Below are positions 49,289 to 60,047 of a DNA stretch of 64,000 nt, piece by piece. The DNA is from Minisyncoccota bacterium. GTDB lineage: Bacteria > Patescibacteriota > Minisyncoccia > Phycocordibacterales > CALRHW01. The notes below the pieces were generated by a model. That model was not told where the DNA came from. It worked only from the letters and a program-made list of their open reading frames with translations, and made no database searches. The translations under genes were made by a program, and so were the position numbers. Where the stretch lies: NCBI GenBank assembly GCA_046350795.1, contig JAXLZT010000001.1, positions 245,780 to 309,779 on the forward strand, read 5' to 3'. The stretch's first letter is position 1. The number at the start of each line of letters is the position of its first letter.

Positions 49289-50587
49289 ATGAAAGATTTA
49301 GATATCTCAAAAATTAAGAGCATATATTTTATCGGTATTGGAGGCATAGGCATGTCCGCTATTGCGCGTATGTTTTTGCTTGAGGGCAAGAAAATATCTG
49401 GCTCTGATTTAACGCAATCTATGGTGACAAATGAAATCGAAAAATTTGGTGTAAATATTTACTACAAGCAAGAAGCCGTAAATATTTCTGCTGACACTGA
49501 CTTGGTGGTATATACACCAGCAATACCAGATAATAATCCTGAATTGATGCGAGCGCGCGAGCTCTGTATTCCCACTTTTTCATATCCGGAAATGCTCGGC
49601 ATTATCTCAAAAGAAAAATATACAATAGCTGTATCTGGTACACATGGAAAAACGACGACTACAGCGATGATTGCTAAAGTGATGATTGATGCTGGGCTTG
49701 CGCCTACTGTAATAGTCGGTAGTTTTCTAAAAGATCAAAAAAGTAATTTTGTGGCCGGAAATAGTAAGTACTTTGTTGTTGAAGCTTGTGAATACAAACG
49801 TTCTTTTTTAAATCTATACCCAAATATTTTAGTGATTACAAATATAGATGAAGATCATTTGGACTATTACAAAGATATAGAGGATATACAGTCAGCTTTT
49901 AAAGAGCTGGCTACACGTTTAGGCAAAGAGGGTCATCTGGTTTGCTCTCCCAGTGATAAAAACTTGTCGTCTGTTGTAAATTGTTTAGATTGCATTTTAG
50001 AAGATTTTTCAGTTTTTGATCCTTTGAGCAAGATTACTCTTGCTGGAGAACATAATAAAAAAAATGCGCGTGCCGTGCTCGCTGTGGCAAAAATTTTGGG
50101 GATTGATGAAGAAAAAGCTGTGGCGTCTCTAAACTCTTTTGGTGGCACATGGCGACGTTTTGAATACAAAGGAAAAACAAAGGGTGGCGCTGTGGTATAC
50201 GATGATTACGCTCACCATCCTACAGAAATAAAAGCCACACTTTCTCAGGCGAGCGAGATGTTTCCAAATAAGAATATTACGGTAGTTTTCCAACCGCATC
50301 TATATAGTCGTACTAAAGATTTATTAGATGATTTTGCACAATCTTTTAAGGGGGCTAATAGTGTTTTGTTGGCACCAATATATGCTGCTCGCGAGCCTTT
50401 TGATCCAAGTATTTCATCTGAGATTTTGGCACAAAAAATATCAGGGCTAGATGCTATAAAAGCAAAATCATATGAAAATTTTGAGCAGATTTTGACCGAA
50501 TTATCTTTTTTAGACGAGAATAATGTCCTTATTGTGATGGGTGCGGGAGATGTTGGCGCGATTGCCGAAAGGACTGTCTCAATTTAG
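49289..50587 (+). CDS. murC: UDP-N-acetylmuramate--L-alanine ligase
   Basis: It has IYFIGIGGIGMSAIA and GTHGKTTTT motifs. Confidence 0.85.
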   Translation: MKDLDISKIKSIYFIGIGGIGMSAIARMFLLEGKKISGSDLTQSMVTNEIEKFGVNIYYKQEAVNISADTDLVVYTPAIPDNNPELMRARELCIPTFSYPEMLGIISKEKYTIAVSGTHGKTTTTAMIAKVMIDAGLAPTVIVGSFLKDQKSNFVAGNSKYFVVEACEYKRSFLNLYPNILVITNIDEDHLDYYKDIEDIQSAFKELATRLGKEGHLVCSPSDKNLSSVVNCLDCILEDFSVFDPLSKITLAGEHNKKNARAVLAVAKILGIDEEKAVASLNSFGGTWRRFEYKGKTKGGAVVYDDYAHHPTEIKATLSQASEMFPNKNITVVFQPHLYSRTKDLLDDFAQSFKGANSVLLAPIYAAREPFDPSISSEILAQKISGLDAIKAKSYENFEQILTELSFLDENNVLIVMGAGDVGAIAERTVSI

Positions 50588-50644
50588 TTGTTTTATTTTT
50601 ATAAAAATTTTGCTTTTATTATACGTTATGTATAATGTGCATAT

Positions 50645-50992
50645 ATGTTTTCTAAAAATCGATTGATTTTAATCTTAGGTGTTTTGGTGGCTTTAATGCC
50701 GTTTTCTGGTTTTCCTGCTAGTTGGAAAAATTTTTTCTATATAGCTTTTGGTTTGATTATATCGACATTTTCTTTTTTACTTGCTCGACATAAAAGAATC
50801 ACCAGAAGACATGGCCCAAAGAAAGAGAGATCAAATATAAACTATAAGAAAGAGATTGTTCAATCTGATTATATTGAACCTGAATCGGAATTGTCTACTG
50901 AGTCTGTTGTGCCAGAAGAGTCTACACTAGAATCGGTTTCTGAAACTCCAGCCGAATCAATAGAAATTTTAGAAGAGGAAGAAAAAATATAA
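50645..50992 (+). CDS. hypothetical small membrane protein
   Basis: It has two TM helices and an acidic E/S-rich C-terminus. Confidence 0.4.
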   Translation: MFSKNRLILILGVLVALMPFSGFPASWKNFFYIAFGLIISTFSFLLARHKRITRRHGPKKERSNINYKKEIVQSDYIEPESELSTESVVPEESTLESVSETPAESIEILEEEEKI

Positions 50993-50995
50993 CTC

Positions 50996-52225
50996 ATGTC
51001 TGCTCCACGTAAGACACATAAGTATCTGGGTTTAGCAATCCTTTGTATGGGATTGCTTTTGGTTGTATTTTTTATCAAGTATTCTTTTTTTGCTTCTGGA
51101 AAAACATTAGAATATGTAGCAAATAATATAGCATCACAAAAAATAATAGAAAAAGTAGAAGAAAAAAAGGCCATTCACATAAATACTCCAGAACCGCTAA
51201 AGTCTATATACATGACCCAGTGTGTAGTGGGCACAAAGGCTTTTCGTGAAAGTTTGGTAAAAATTGCTGGAGAAACAGAAATAAATGCGATAGTTATTGA
51301 TATAAAAGACTACACCGGTCGAATTGCTTTTGATACAGAAAACCCACAGCTTATAGAATCAATATCAGATAAGTGTGGGGCAAGTGATATGAGGGAGTTT
51401 GTAGAGATTTTGCACGAAAAAGGAATATATGTAATAGGTCGTGTGGCAGTATTTCAAGATCCTTATATGGTAAAAAAGCGCCCCGATCTCGCGGTACAGA
51501 GTAAATCTACAGGCGGTGTTTGGAAAGATTACAAAGGGCTTAGCTTTATCGACGTCGGGGCGCGTGAGCATTGGGACTATATTATTGAAATTGCAAAAGA
51601 AGCTTATAAAATAGGTTTTGACGAAATTAATTTTGATTATGTCCGATTTCCTTCTGATGGAAATATGGACGATGTTTCTTATGTTCATTCAGTGGGAAAG
51701 ACAAAACCAGACGCGCTTAAAGAATTTTTTTCATATCTACACGATAAATTGAAAGACACCGGCATAAAGACTTCTGTTGATATTTTTGGTATGACAACTA
51801 CCAGTTTTGATGATTTAAATATTGGACAGTTGATAGAAAATACATTTCCGTATTTTGATTATGTGGCTCCAATGGTTTATCCTTCTCATTATCCTAAAAA
51901 TTTTAACGGTTGGAAAAACCCAAATGATCATGTGTATGAAGTTGTTAATTTTGCCATGAACAATGCTGTCAATCGTGCCAATACACTCGATTCTCTTATA
52001 GGTAGTACTACGGCTACTACCACACCCACCTCACCTCCGACTTGGTATAAGGGTGGTTCTGCAAAAAAACTACGTACATGGATTCAGGATTTTGATTATG
52101 GTGGTAACTACGATATAGCAGAGGTAAAAGCACAGATAAAAGCAAGTAATGACGCCGGAGTACAGTCCTGGATGGTTTGGAGTCCTAGCAATAAATATAC
52201 AACAGGCGCACTTTTGAAAGAGTAG
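50996..52225 (+). CDS. hypothetical membrane-anchored protein, possibly glycoside-hydrolase-like (DUF4015-type TIM barrel)
   Basis: It has an N-terminal TM helix. The rest resembles a family widespread in CPR genomes. Confidence 0.35.
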   Translation: MSAPRKTHKYLGLAILCMGLLLVVFFIKYSFFASGKTLEYVANNIASQKIIEKVEEKKAIHINTPEPLKSIYMTQCVVGTKAFRESLVKIAGETEINAIVIDIKDYTGRIAFDTENPQLIESISDKCGASDMREFVEILHEKGIYVIGRVAVFQDPYMVKKRPDLAVQSKSTGGVWKDYKGLSFIDVGAREHWDYIIEIAKEAYKIGFDEINFDYVRFPSDGNMDDVSYVHSVGKTKPDALKEFFSYLHDKLKDTGIKTSVDIFGMTTTSFDDLNIGQLIENTFPYFDYVAPMVYPSHYPKNFNGWKNPNDHVYEVVNFAMNNAVNRANTLDSLIGSTTATTTPTSPPTWYKGGSAKKLRTWIQDFDYGGNYDIAEVKAQIKASNDAGVQSWMVWSPSNKYTTGALLKE

Positions 52226-52288
52226 TTTTTATAGAAAAAATATTTTTTTGACTACGTGTCTGTGTTATAATAAAACACAAACAGTCAT

Positions 52289-54070
52289 ATGAACCCTAAT
52301 GCTATTACATATTTTGGGCAGACTGACTCTCGCAATCAAAGAGTTCCTTTTGGAATAAAAACCAAGGATAGGACAAAGCACGTCTATGTTATCGGAAAAA
52401 CAGGTATGGGAAAGTCCACTCTCCTGGAAAACATGGCTGTGCAGGATATAAAAAATGGTCAGGGAATGGCCTTTATAGATCCACACGGCAAGACAGCAGA
52501 TCTTTTGCTAGAGTATGTGCCACCTGAACGTATAAAAGATGTCATATATTTTGCCCCGTTTGATACTGAGCATCCTATCTCTTTCAACGTGATGGAAGAC
52601 GTGGGTGTAGACAAACGTCATCTGGTTGCCAACGGCCTTATGAGTGCTTTCAAAAAAATCTGGGTAGACGCTTGGTCAGCTAGAATGGAATATATTTTGA
52701 ACAATATTCTTTTGGCTCTCTTGGAATATCCAGATTCTACTTTGATGGGTGTCAATAGAATGCTTGCAGACAAGGATTATAGAAAAAAAGTGGTTGCCAA
52801 TATTTCTGATCCATCTGTGAAGTCTTTTTGGGTAGACGAATTTGAAAAGTATGGTGAGAGATATATGCAAGAGGCCGGTGCTGCTATTCAAAATAAGATT
52901 GGACAGTTTGTGTCCAATCCTCTGGTGCGCAATATCATTGGTCAACCAAAGTCTACTTTCGATATTAGAAAAGTAATGGATGATAGTAAAATCCTTATTG
53001 TGAATCTTTCAAAGGGTAGGGTGGGTGAAGCCAACGCCAATCTTTTGGGTAGTATGCTTATTACAAAAATATATCTAGGTGCTATGTCTCGTGCGGATGT
53101 AAATGAATCTACCCTGAGTGGTTTGCCACAGTTTTATCTATATGTAGACGAATTTCAAAATTTTGCTAATGAATCTTTTGCTGACATTCTTTCTGAAGCT
53201 AGAAAGTATAAACTCAATCTAACTATTGCGCATCAGTATATAGAGCAAATGTCAGAAGAAGTGCGTGATGCTGTATTTGGAAACGTTGGTACCATGATTG
53301 TATTTCGTGTCGGTGCTTTTGACGCAGAGGTGCTGGAAAAAGAATTTTCACCCACTTTTACCGCTGAGGATTTGGTAAATCTTGGTTTTGTGCAAATTTA
53401 TTTAAAACTCATGATAGACGGCGTGACATCTCCGCCATTCTCAGCTACTACTTTGCCTCCAATAGAGAAGCCTGCAACTATGCACAAAGATGAAATAATA
53501 GAAAATTCTAGAAAAGTCTTTGCACGACCAAAAGCAGAGGTAGAAAAGGAAATCCATGATTGGCATCAGCCGGTAAACCCAAAGCCAGAAAGTAAAAATC
53601 ATGTAAAAACCACTTCTCACGAAAATGGTCAAAAAAATGATCATGCACAGACTCATCAAAATGGAAAAAATCATCCAGAAAAAAAGGAGGAGGTATTGCG
53701 TGATTTTAAGGTGAGGCCAGCCGATCGTCCAGCAATGCCTCCACAGAAAAACCCTTTTGAGGATATAAAAATAACTGAAGATGGCAAAATTGTATTACAA
53801 GAAAAAAAGCCAGAGCCAACCGTTTCACTAGAATCTCTAAAGGCCAAAGACAAGAAAAATAATATAGATCCAAAAGCACCATCAAAAGAGAATATTTCTA
53901 GTCTAAAGCAGGCACTTGCTTCTGTTGTAGAAAAGAGTAAGAATGAAAAGCAGGAAGCAAAACCACCTCAAAATGAGTCAAAAAATGGCTTTGCTCCAAA
54001 GCGACCAGTAGAAAAAGACGGTCCGCAAGAGGTACCAGAAGACGTACTAAGGAAAATACTAGAGATCTAG
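52289..54070 (+). CDS. P-loop NTPase of the TraD/TraG/VirD4-like (DUF87/HerA-like) type with a long K/E/P-rich tail
   Basis: It has Walker A IGKTGMGKST. The C-terminal ~170 aa are low-complexity charged sequence. Confidence 0.45.
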   Translation: MNPNAITYFGQTDSRNQRVPFGIKTKDRTKHVYVIGKTGMGKSTLLENMAVQDIKNGQGMAFIDPHGKTADLLLEYVPPERIKDVIYFAPFDTEHPISFNVMEDVGVDKRHLVANGLMSAFKKIWVDAWSARMEYILNNILLALLEYPDSTLMGVNRMLADKDYRKKVVANISDPSVKSFWVDEFEKYGERYMQEAGAAIQNKIGQFVSNPLVRNIIGQPKSTFDIRKVMDDSKILIVNLSKGRVGEANANLLGSMLITKIYLGAMSRADVNESTLSGLPQFYLYVDEFQNFANESFADILSEARKYKLNLTIAHQYIEQMSEEVRDAVFGNVGTMIVFRVGAFDAEVLEKEFSPTFTAEDLVNLGFVQIYLKLMIDGVTSPPFSATTLPPIEKPATMHKDEIIENSRKVFARPKAEVEKEIHDWHQPVNPKPESKNHVKTTSHENGQKNDHAQTHQNGKNHPEKKEEVLRDFKVRPADRPAMPPQKNPFEDIKITEDGKIVLQEKKPEPTVSLESLKAKDKKNNIDPKAPSKENISSLKQALASVVEKSKNEKQEAKPPQNESKNGFAPKRPVEKDGPQEVPEDVLRKILEI

Positions 54071-54073
54071 TTT

Positions 54074-55204
54074 ATGAAGAAAATCTTAATATATTCAATT
54101 GCATACCATCCATTTGTGGGTGGTGCTGAAGTCGCTGTCAAAGAAATCACTGACAGAATTTCTGATATAGAATTTCACATGCTTACTTTAAATCTAGACG
54201 GTAAGCAAAGAAAATATGAAAAAATAGGTAATGTGCATGTGCATCGTATAGGTAGTGGCAATGTGGGTAAGTATCTTTTTCCATTTATTTCTTTACCAAA
54301 AGCTCTGTCTTTGCATAGGAAAACAAGATTTGATGCAATCTGGTCTATTATGGCCAACTATGCTGGTTTTGGTGCGTTGTTTTTTAAAATTTTTAAACCT
54401 AAGCTAACTTTTATTTTAACTCTTCAAGAGGGTGATCCTATAGATCATATAAAAAGACGAGTCGGATTATTTTATCCACTATTTAGACAGATTTTTAAAA
54501 GGGCTAATGTTGTCCAGGCTATTTCAAATTATTTAGCTAATTTTGCAAAAAACATGGGCTATGCGGGTGATGTAGAAGTGATACCTAATGGTGTGGATAC
54601 GTATATTTTCTCACGAGATTATGGTGAACAAGAGCTTGGTGCTTTGCGGTGGCAATTTCATAAGGAGACAAAAGATGTTTTTCTCGTGACCACTTCCAGA
54701 CTTGTTACTAAAAACGCGGTGAGTGATGTCATATCAGCACTTCATTTTTTGCCAAATAATGTGAAGTTTTTGATTGTGGGAGTAGGACCACTTGAGAAAA
54801 GTCTAAAAAAGCTCGCTTTGGATCTGGGTGTAGACAAGAGAGTTATCTTTGCTGGATTTGTAGAATACAAAGAAATACCTAAATATTTAAAGATTTCAGA
54901 TATTTTTATTCGGCCATCCCTTTCTGAGGGTATGGGTAATTCTTTTATAGAAGCCATGGCTGCTGGTATACCAGTGATAGCTACTCCTGTGGGAGGCATA
55001 CCAGATTTTTTGAAAGAAAATAAAACCGGACTTTTTTGTAAAGTGCAAAATGGTGAAAGTATCGCTTTGTGTGTAAATAAAATTTTAGATAATGAAAAGT
55101 TGCGTAAAGACATTGTCTCAAATGCTCTGAAAATGGTAGCAAAAGAATATGATTGGGCGCATATCGTCAGGCAAATGGAGGATAGTGTTTTTGCTAAAAT
55201 TTGA
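54074..55204 (+). CDS. GT4 family glycosyltransferase
   Basis: It has the EX7E-type C-terminal motif (SLSEGMGNSFIEAMAAGIPVIATPVGGIPD). Confidence 0.8.
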   Translation: MKKILIYSIAYHPFVGGAEVAVKEITDRISDIEFHMLTLNLDGKQRKYEKIGNVHVHRIGSGNVGKYLFPFISLPKALSLHRKTRFDAIWSIMANYAGFGALFFKIFKPKLTFILTLQEGDPIDHIKRRVGLFYPLFRQIFKRANVVQAISNYLANFAKNMGYAGDVEVIPNGVDTYIFSRDYGEQELGALRWQFHKETKDVFLVTTSRLVTKNAVSDVISALHFLPNNVKFLIVGVGPLEKSLKKLALDLGVDKRVIFAGFVEYKEIPKYLKISDIFIRPSLSEGMGNSFIEAMAAGIPVIATPVGGIPDFLKENKTGLFCKVQNGESIALCVNKILDNEKLRKDIVSNALKMVAKEYDWAHIVRQMEDSVFAKI

Positions 55205-55216
55205 TAGGGTATATAC

Positions 55217-56212
55217 ATGAAAATACTCATATGTACGGGTATATATCCACCCGCTATAGGGGGGCCGGCACAGTATGCAAAGAGACTAGAAGAAGAGCTT
55301 AGATCTCAAGGGAATGAGGTAAAAGTGCTCACCTATGCTTTTGAGAGAAAATTGCCGACTCTTGTTCGTCACAAACTTTTCTTTTGGCGAACCCTCTTTT
55401 CTCTGCGCGGTGTTGATTTGGTAATAGCACTAGATACTTTTTCTGTCGGCTGGCCAGCCGTATGTGCTACAAATCTTTTGAATAAAAAAACAATAATTCG
55501 TACCGGTGGCGATTTCCTTTGGGAGTCTTATGTGGAGAGAACAAAAGAGAGTGTGACTCTGACAGATTTTTACAAAAGATATTTAATGAGTTTGAGTTTA
55601 AAAGAACGTATAATATTTTTGATTACACGTTTTACTTTGCAAAACGCTAGTGCTGTAGTTTTTAGTACTGTCTGGCAAAGAGATATTTTTACAAAAGCTT
55701 ATCGCCTAAAAGAAAATAAAAATTTTATTATAGAAAATGAGTACACTCCTCAGGTGGGAGATTTTACTTCAAAATCAAAGACTTATTTATGGGCTGGTAG
55801 AATGCTGACTTTAAAAAATGTAGATAGGTTGAAAAGAGCTTTTGAAAATGCAAAGAAAAAAAATTCTAGTATTGAGCTAGATATCGTTACGGGCATTTCA
55901 AAGGCCGATCTTTTGGAAAAAATGAAAAATTGTTACGTTTTTATTTTGCCCTCTATTAGTGATATAAGCCCAAACGTCGTATTAGATGCTATCTCTCTAG
56001 GAAAGCCATGTATCGTGACAAAAGAAACAGGTATAAACGATCGTATAAAAGATGCGGCACTTTTTGTCGATCCTTTAAATGAAAAAGATATAGAGGAGAA
56101 AATTCTTCTTTTGGCAGATGATAATAAATATAGAGAAATGAAAGAAAACATAAAAAACTTTTCATTTACGCACAGTATTAAACAAATAGCAGAAGAGTTT
56201 TTAAAAATATGA
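55217..56212 (+). CDS. glycosyltransferase (GT4-like)
   Basis: It has GT-B-like architecture and sits in the glycosyltransferase cluster. Confidence 0.55.
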   Translation: MKILICTGIYPPAIGGPAQYAKRLEEELRSQGNEVKVLTYAFERKLPTLVRHKLFFWRTLFSLRGVDLVIALDTFSVGWPAVCATNLLNKKTIIRTGGDFLWESYVERTKESVTLTDFYKRYLMSLSLKERIIFLITRFTLQNASAVVFSTVWQRDIFTKAYRLKENKNFIIENEYTPQVGDFTSKSKTYLWAGRMLTLKNVDRLKRAFENAKKKNSSIELDIVTGISKADLLEKMKNCYVFILPSISDISPNVVLDAISLGKPCIVTKETGINDRIKDAALFVDPLNEKDIEEKILLLADDNKYREMKENIKNFSFTHSIKQIAEEFLKI

Positions 56213-57351
56213 AAGTCTTAAGTATAGGAACAGACAGAAAAATATTTGAAAAGGGTAGTGCTGTGGCTTTGCGTGTGGCAGAGCAGGGTGCGCTTTTTGA
56301 GGAGATACATGTGGTTGTTTTTTCTTTACGTCATCTCGGCCTCAGGGCTGGGCAGATAGCTTCGAATGTTTGGGTGTATCCCACCAACTCTATCTCGCGA
56401 TTGTTTTACATAAAAGATGCAAAAAAAATTTCTAAAAGAATTATTCTCGAAAGAAAGTTGGGGGGAAATGATGTGGTAACTTGTCAGGACCCTTTTGAAA
56501 CTGGCTTGGCGGGCCTTAATTTAAAGAAAGTGTTTGGTATACCTCTTCATATTCAGGTGCATACAGACATTTTTAATAAATATTTTATTGGCGAGAGTTT
56601 TTTGAATAAACTGAGGGCAATGATATCAAAAAGGGTTTTTGCTGGTGCTGATGCTGTTCGTGTCGTATCAAAACGTATTGCTGATTCATTGGTTTCAAAA
56701 AACATTCTAAAAACTCCCCCAGTCATTTTGCCGATATTTGTTGATATAGAAAAAATTAAAAACACTGAAGTGTTGCAAGATTTTGATTTAAAGAAAAAAT
56801 ATCCACAATTTAATTTTGTTATTTTGATGGCATCACGTCTAACAAAAGAAAAAAACATATCTCTAGCATTGGGGGTGTTGAAAGAAATTATAAAAAAATA
56901 TCCTATGGTCGGTCTTGTCGTGGTTGGTTCTGGACCATGCTTGAATGATCTAAAAAACACAGTGCATCAAGACGGCCTTGGTAAAAATGTTATTTTTGAA
57001 GGCTGGAATGAAGACCTAAGCTCATATTACAAAACAGCAGATCTCTTTTTGCTAACCTCAAACTATGAGGGTTACGGTATGACTATTGTGGAGGCGCTCG
57101 GTGCACATTGTCCTGTTGTGTCTACTGATGTGGGTATAGCATCAGATGTGCTTAGAGATGGGGAGGTCTTTGTATGCCCTGTGGGTGATGCAAGGTGTTT
57201 GTTTGAAAAAATAAAAAAATTCATAGAAAACAGCGGTCTTAGAGAGGCTTTTACTCATGAAGCATTTGCTAGATTGTCTGGTGTCACTTGTCCATTAAAA
57301 GAGGATTATCTACAAAAGTATAAAGATTCTTTGGAGTTAGCTATAAAATAA
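56209..57351 (+). CDS. GT4 family glycosyltransferase
   Basis: It has the motif SNYEGYGMTIVEALGAHCPVVSTDVG. Confidence 0.75.
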   Translation: MKVLSIGTDRKIFEKGSAVALRVAEQGALFEEIHVVVFSLRHLGLRAGQIASNVWVYPTNSISRLFYIKDAKKISKRIILERKLGGNDVVTCQDPFETGLAGLNLKKVFGIPLHIQVHTDIFNKYFIGESFLNKLRAMISKRVFAGADAVRVVSKRIADSLVSKNILKTPPVILPIFVDIEKIKNTEVLQDFDLKKKYPQFNFVILMASRLTKEKNISLALGVLKEIIKKYPMVGLVVVGSGPCLNDLKNTVHQDGLGKNVIFEGWNEDLSSYYKTADLFLLTSNYEGYGMTIVEALGAHCPVVSTDVGIASDVLRDGEVFVCPVGDARCLFEKIKKFIENSGLREAFTHEAFARLSGVTCPLKEDYLQKYKDSLELAIK

Positions 57352-57353
57352 TC

Positions 57354-58394
57354 ATGAAAAAAATACTGATCATAACTCAGAAGGTTGATAAGGAGGATCC
57401 TATTTTGGGTTTTTTTCACGCTTGGATAAATGAATTTGCAAAATACTACGAAAAAGTAACTGTGATTTGTTTGTGGAAGGGTAGATATGCTTTACCAAAC
57501 AATGTAAAGGTTCTTTCTCTTGGTAAAGAAGAAGGAGTTTCAAGATTTACATATGTATTAAGGTTGTATAAATACATCTGGCGTGAGCGTAAAAACTACG
57601 AAGCCGTGTTTGTTCATATGAATCCTATTTATGTTGTGCTTTGTGGGCCACTATGGAAGATTTTGGGTAAGAGGATTTCTCTTTGGTATACGCATAAACA
57701 TGTAGATTTAAAGTTGCGTTTGGCCGAAAAAATGGTAGATAATATTTTTTCTGCATCAAAGACAAGTTTTCGTTTAAATAGTAAAAAACTAAACGTAATG
57801 GGTCATGGTATTGATACTGATAAGTTTGCTCCGTCTGCATCAAATAAAGATAGTAGAATTTTTAAAGTCGTTACTATTGGTAGAATCGCGAAAGTAAAAA
57901 ATATAGATGTTATTTTACATGCTGTAAATAATTTAAAGAAAGCTGGTGTTCCGGTCATCTTTGAAATTATTGGTGGGGTAGTTACTGATGATGAAAAAAA
58001 ATACAGATTGTCGCTACTTGAAATTGTAAATAATCTTGATTTAGAGAAGGAGGTTGTTTTTCGTGGCGAAATATCTCATGACAAAATACAGCCATACTTT
58101 TTATCCAGCGATGTGTTTGTTAATATGTGTGATGTTGGAAGTTTTGATAAGGCGGTACTTGAAGCGATGTCTTGTGTTGTGCCGGTTGTGGCATCAAATA
58201 AGGAATTTTATGGGGTTCTTCAACCATTAAATCTAGCTGTTAAGTCGAGAGACGCGATTGATTTATCAGACAAGATAAGGTCAGTCTTTTTATCAAAAGA
58301 AAATTCATTAGATAAATATAGTAGCCTGAGAGAGTTTGTAGTAATGGGACACAACCTTTCCATGTTGATACAAAAATTAGTTAAAAAAATATGA
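57354..58394 (+). CDS. GT4 family glycosyltransferase
   Basis: It has C-terminal GT-B motifs ([20 protein letters not shown]). Confidence 0.65.
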   Translation: MKKILIITQKVDKEDPILGFFHAWINEFAKYYEKVTVICLWKGRYALPNNVKVLSLGKEEGVSRFTYVLRLYKYIWRERKNYEAVFVHMNPIYVVLCGPLWKILGKRISLWYTHKHVDLKLRLAEKMVDNIFSASKTSFRLNSKKLNVMGHGIDTDKFAPSASNKDSRIFKVVTIGRIAKVKNIDVILHAVNNLKKAGVPVIFEIIGGVVTDDEKKYRLSLLEIVNNLDLEKEVVFRGEISHDKIQPYFLSSDVFVNMCDVGSFDKAVLEAMSCVVPVVASNKEFYGVLQPLNLAVKSRDAIDLSDKIRSVFLSKENSLDKYSSLREFVVMGHNLSMLIQKLVKKI

Positions 58395-59005
58395 AACAAG
58401 TAGACAAAGAAAATTATTATTTTGAAAAATATTGCTATCCAGAAAGGTGGGCGAGCTACTACTATCAGATCAGTGAGATAATGTCTTGTTCGCCAATTTC
58501 CATGTTGGAAGTTGGTGTGGGTGATGGTGTGGTAAAACAATACATAAAAAACAACACAAATATTTCTTACAAAAATCTGGATGTTGCAGAAGATTTAAAT
58601 CCAGATGTTTTGGGCTCTGTCGATAAAATTCCTTTAACTGTCGAGACATTTGATCTTGTCTGCGCCTTCGAGGTTTTAGAGCACCTACCCTTTGAGAAGT
58701 TTGAGACATGTTTGTTGGAAATGAAGCGCGTCTCAAAAAAACACGTGATTGTTAGTGTTCCACATTTTGGTCCACCAATTAATTTTTATCTCAAGCTTCC
58801 TTTTCTACCAAAATTTAGGTTTGCCATAAAAATACCATTTCCTAAGAAGCACGTTTTCAATGGTCAACATTATTGGGAGATAGGAAAGTCTGGTTATCCT
58901 CTTTCAAAGATAAAATCTATTTTGTCTAAACATTTTATTTTAAAGAGAGACTTTGTTCCATTTGAAAGTCAATACCATCACTTTTTTATATTAGAAAAGA
59001 AATAA
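58391..59005 (+). CDS. class I SAM-dependent methyltransferase
   Basis: It has motif [11 protein letters not shown]. Confidence 0.6.
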   Translation: MKQVDKENYYFEKYCYPERWASYYYQISEIMSCSPISMLEVGVGDGVVKQYIKNNTNISYKNLDVAEDLNPDVLGSVDKIPLTVETFDLVCAFEVLEHLPFEKFETCLLEMKRVSKKHVIVSVPHFGPPINFYLKLPFLPKFRFAIKIPFPKKHVFNGQHYWEIGKSGYPLSKIKSILSKHFILKRDFVPFESQYHHFFILEKK

Positions 59006-59006
59006 G

Positions 59007-60047
59007 ATGTCAGATCAAAAAATAAATCTGTACTGTTTTGATCGACTCCCGGGTATGACTTGGATTCCTTTTTTAGATTGGGTGTTTGGTCCACGTAAAA
59101 CAAATGAATTATTTCAAAATAAGGATCCGTATTTGTATGCTGGTTTATTTAATTTGATAGATGATCCAGAAAATGCGGATTATTTTTTGGTTCCTCACTT
59201 GTGGTCTTTTATAAAAAACAAAGAATCTTATTTGAAAAAGATCTGCAGTATTTCCAGTAAGTACAATAAAACCATGATATTATTTGCATATCAGGATAGC
59301 GCAGAACAAATAAACATCCCAAATACGATTATATTTAGATCTTCTCAGTATAAGTCTAAGTTGGCTAAAAATGAGATTATTATGCCGGCTTTTGTAGAAG
59401 ATCTGGGTGCTTTATATGGTGTGTCTTTTAAAAAGAGATCAGACAAACCATCTGTTGGTTTTGTAGGGAAGGCGGGTTTTGAGAGTTTTACTCATTGGAT
59501 CAAATTTTTTATAAAGAATGTTTTTCTATTAAATGGGCCATATAAAAATGGAATATACTTTCGGCTAAGGAGCATGGGTATTCTCAAGAAACATTCAGGG
59601 GTATTTACGAATTTTATTTGTAGATCATCTTTTTCTGGTAATTTAAAAACTATCCCACTCGATCCTGAGACTGCAAGAAGGGAATACGTAGAAAATATCA
59701 CACAGAACGATTTTACTTTATCAGTAAGAGGTGACGGTAATTTTTCTCTTAGATTTTACGAAGCATTGTCTCTGGGTAGAATACCCTTATTTTTAGATAC
59801 TGACTGCGTGCTCCCACTCGAAGACGAGATTTTTTATGATGATTTTTTATTAAGGGTTGATTATAGAGATATTGAGAATCTTGGTAACGAGCTTGTGCAT
59901 TCATATGGTCTTTGGTCTGAGGAAGAGTATCTAATAAGACAAAAAAGGGCCCGTGAAATTTTTGAAAAATATTTATATATGCCAGTGTTTATAAAGCATA
60001 CTTTTAGTAGAGAATTTTTGTCTCGTTATGAATCAAAAAATAAATAG
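59007..60047 (+). CDS. exostosin-like (GT47-like) glycosyltransferase
   Basis: It has the DYFLVPH motif and an exostosin-like C-terminal region. Confidence 0.45.
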   Translation: MSDQKINLYCFDRLPGMTWIPFLDWVFGPRKTNELFQNKDPYLYAGLFNLIDDPENADYFLVPHLWSFIKNKESYLKKICSISSKYNKTMILFAYQDSAEQINIPNTIIFRSSQYKSKLAKNEIIMPAFVEDLGALYGVSFKKRSDKPSVGFVGKAGFESFTHWIKFFIKNVFLLNGPYKNGIYFRLRSMGILKKHSGVFTNFICRSSFSGNLKTIPLDPETARREYVENITQNDFTLSVRGDGNFSLRFYEALSLGRIPLFLDTDCVLPLEDEIFYDDFLLRVDYRDIENLGNELVHSYGLWSEEEYLIRQKRAREIFEKYLYMPVFIKHTFSREFLSRYESKNK

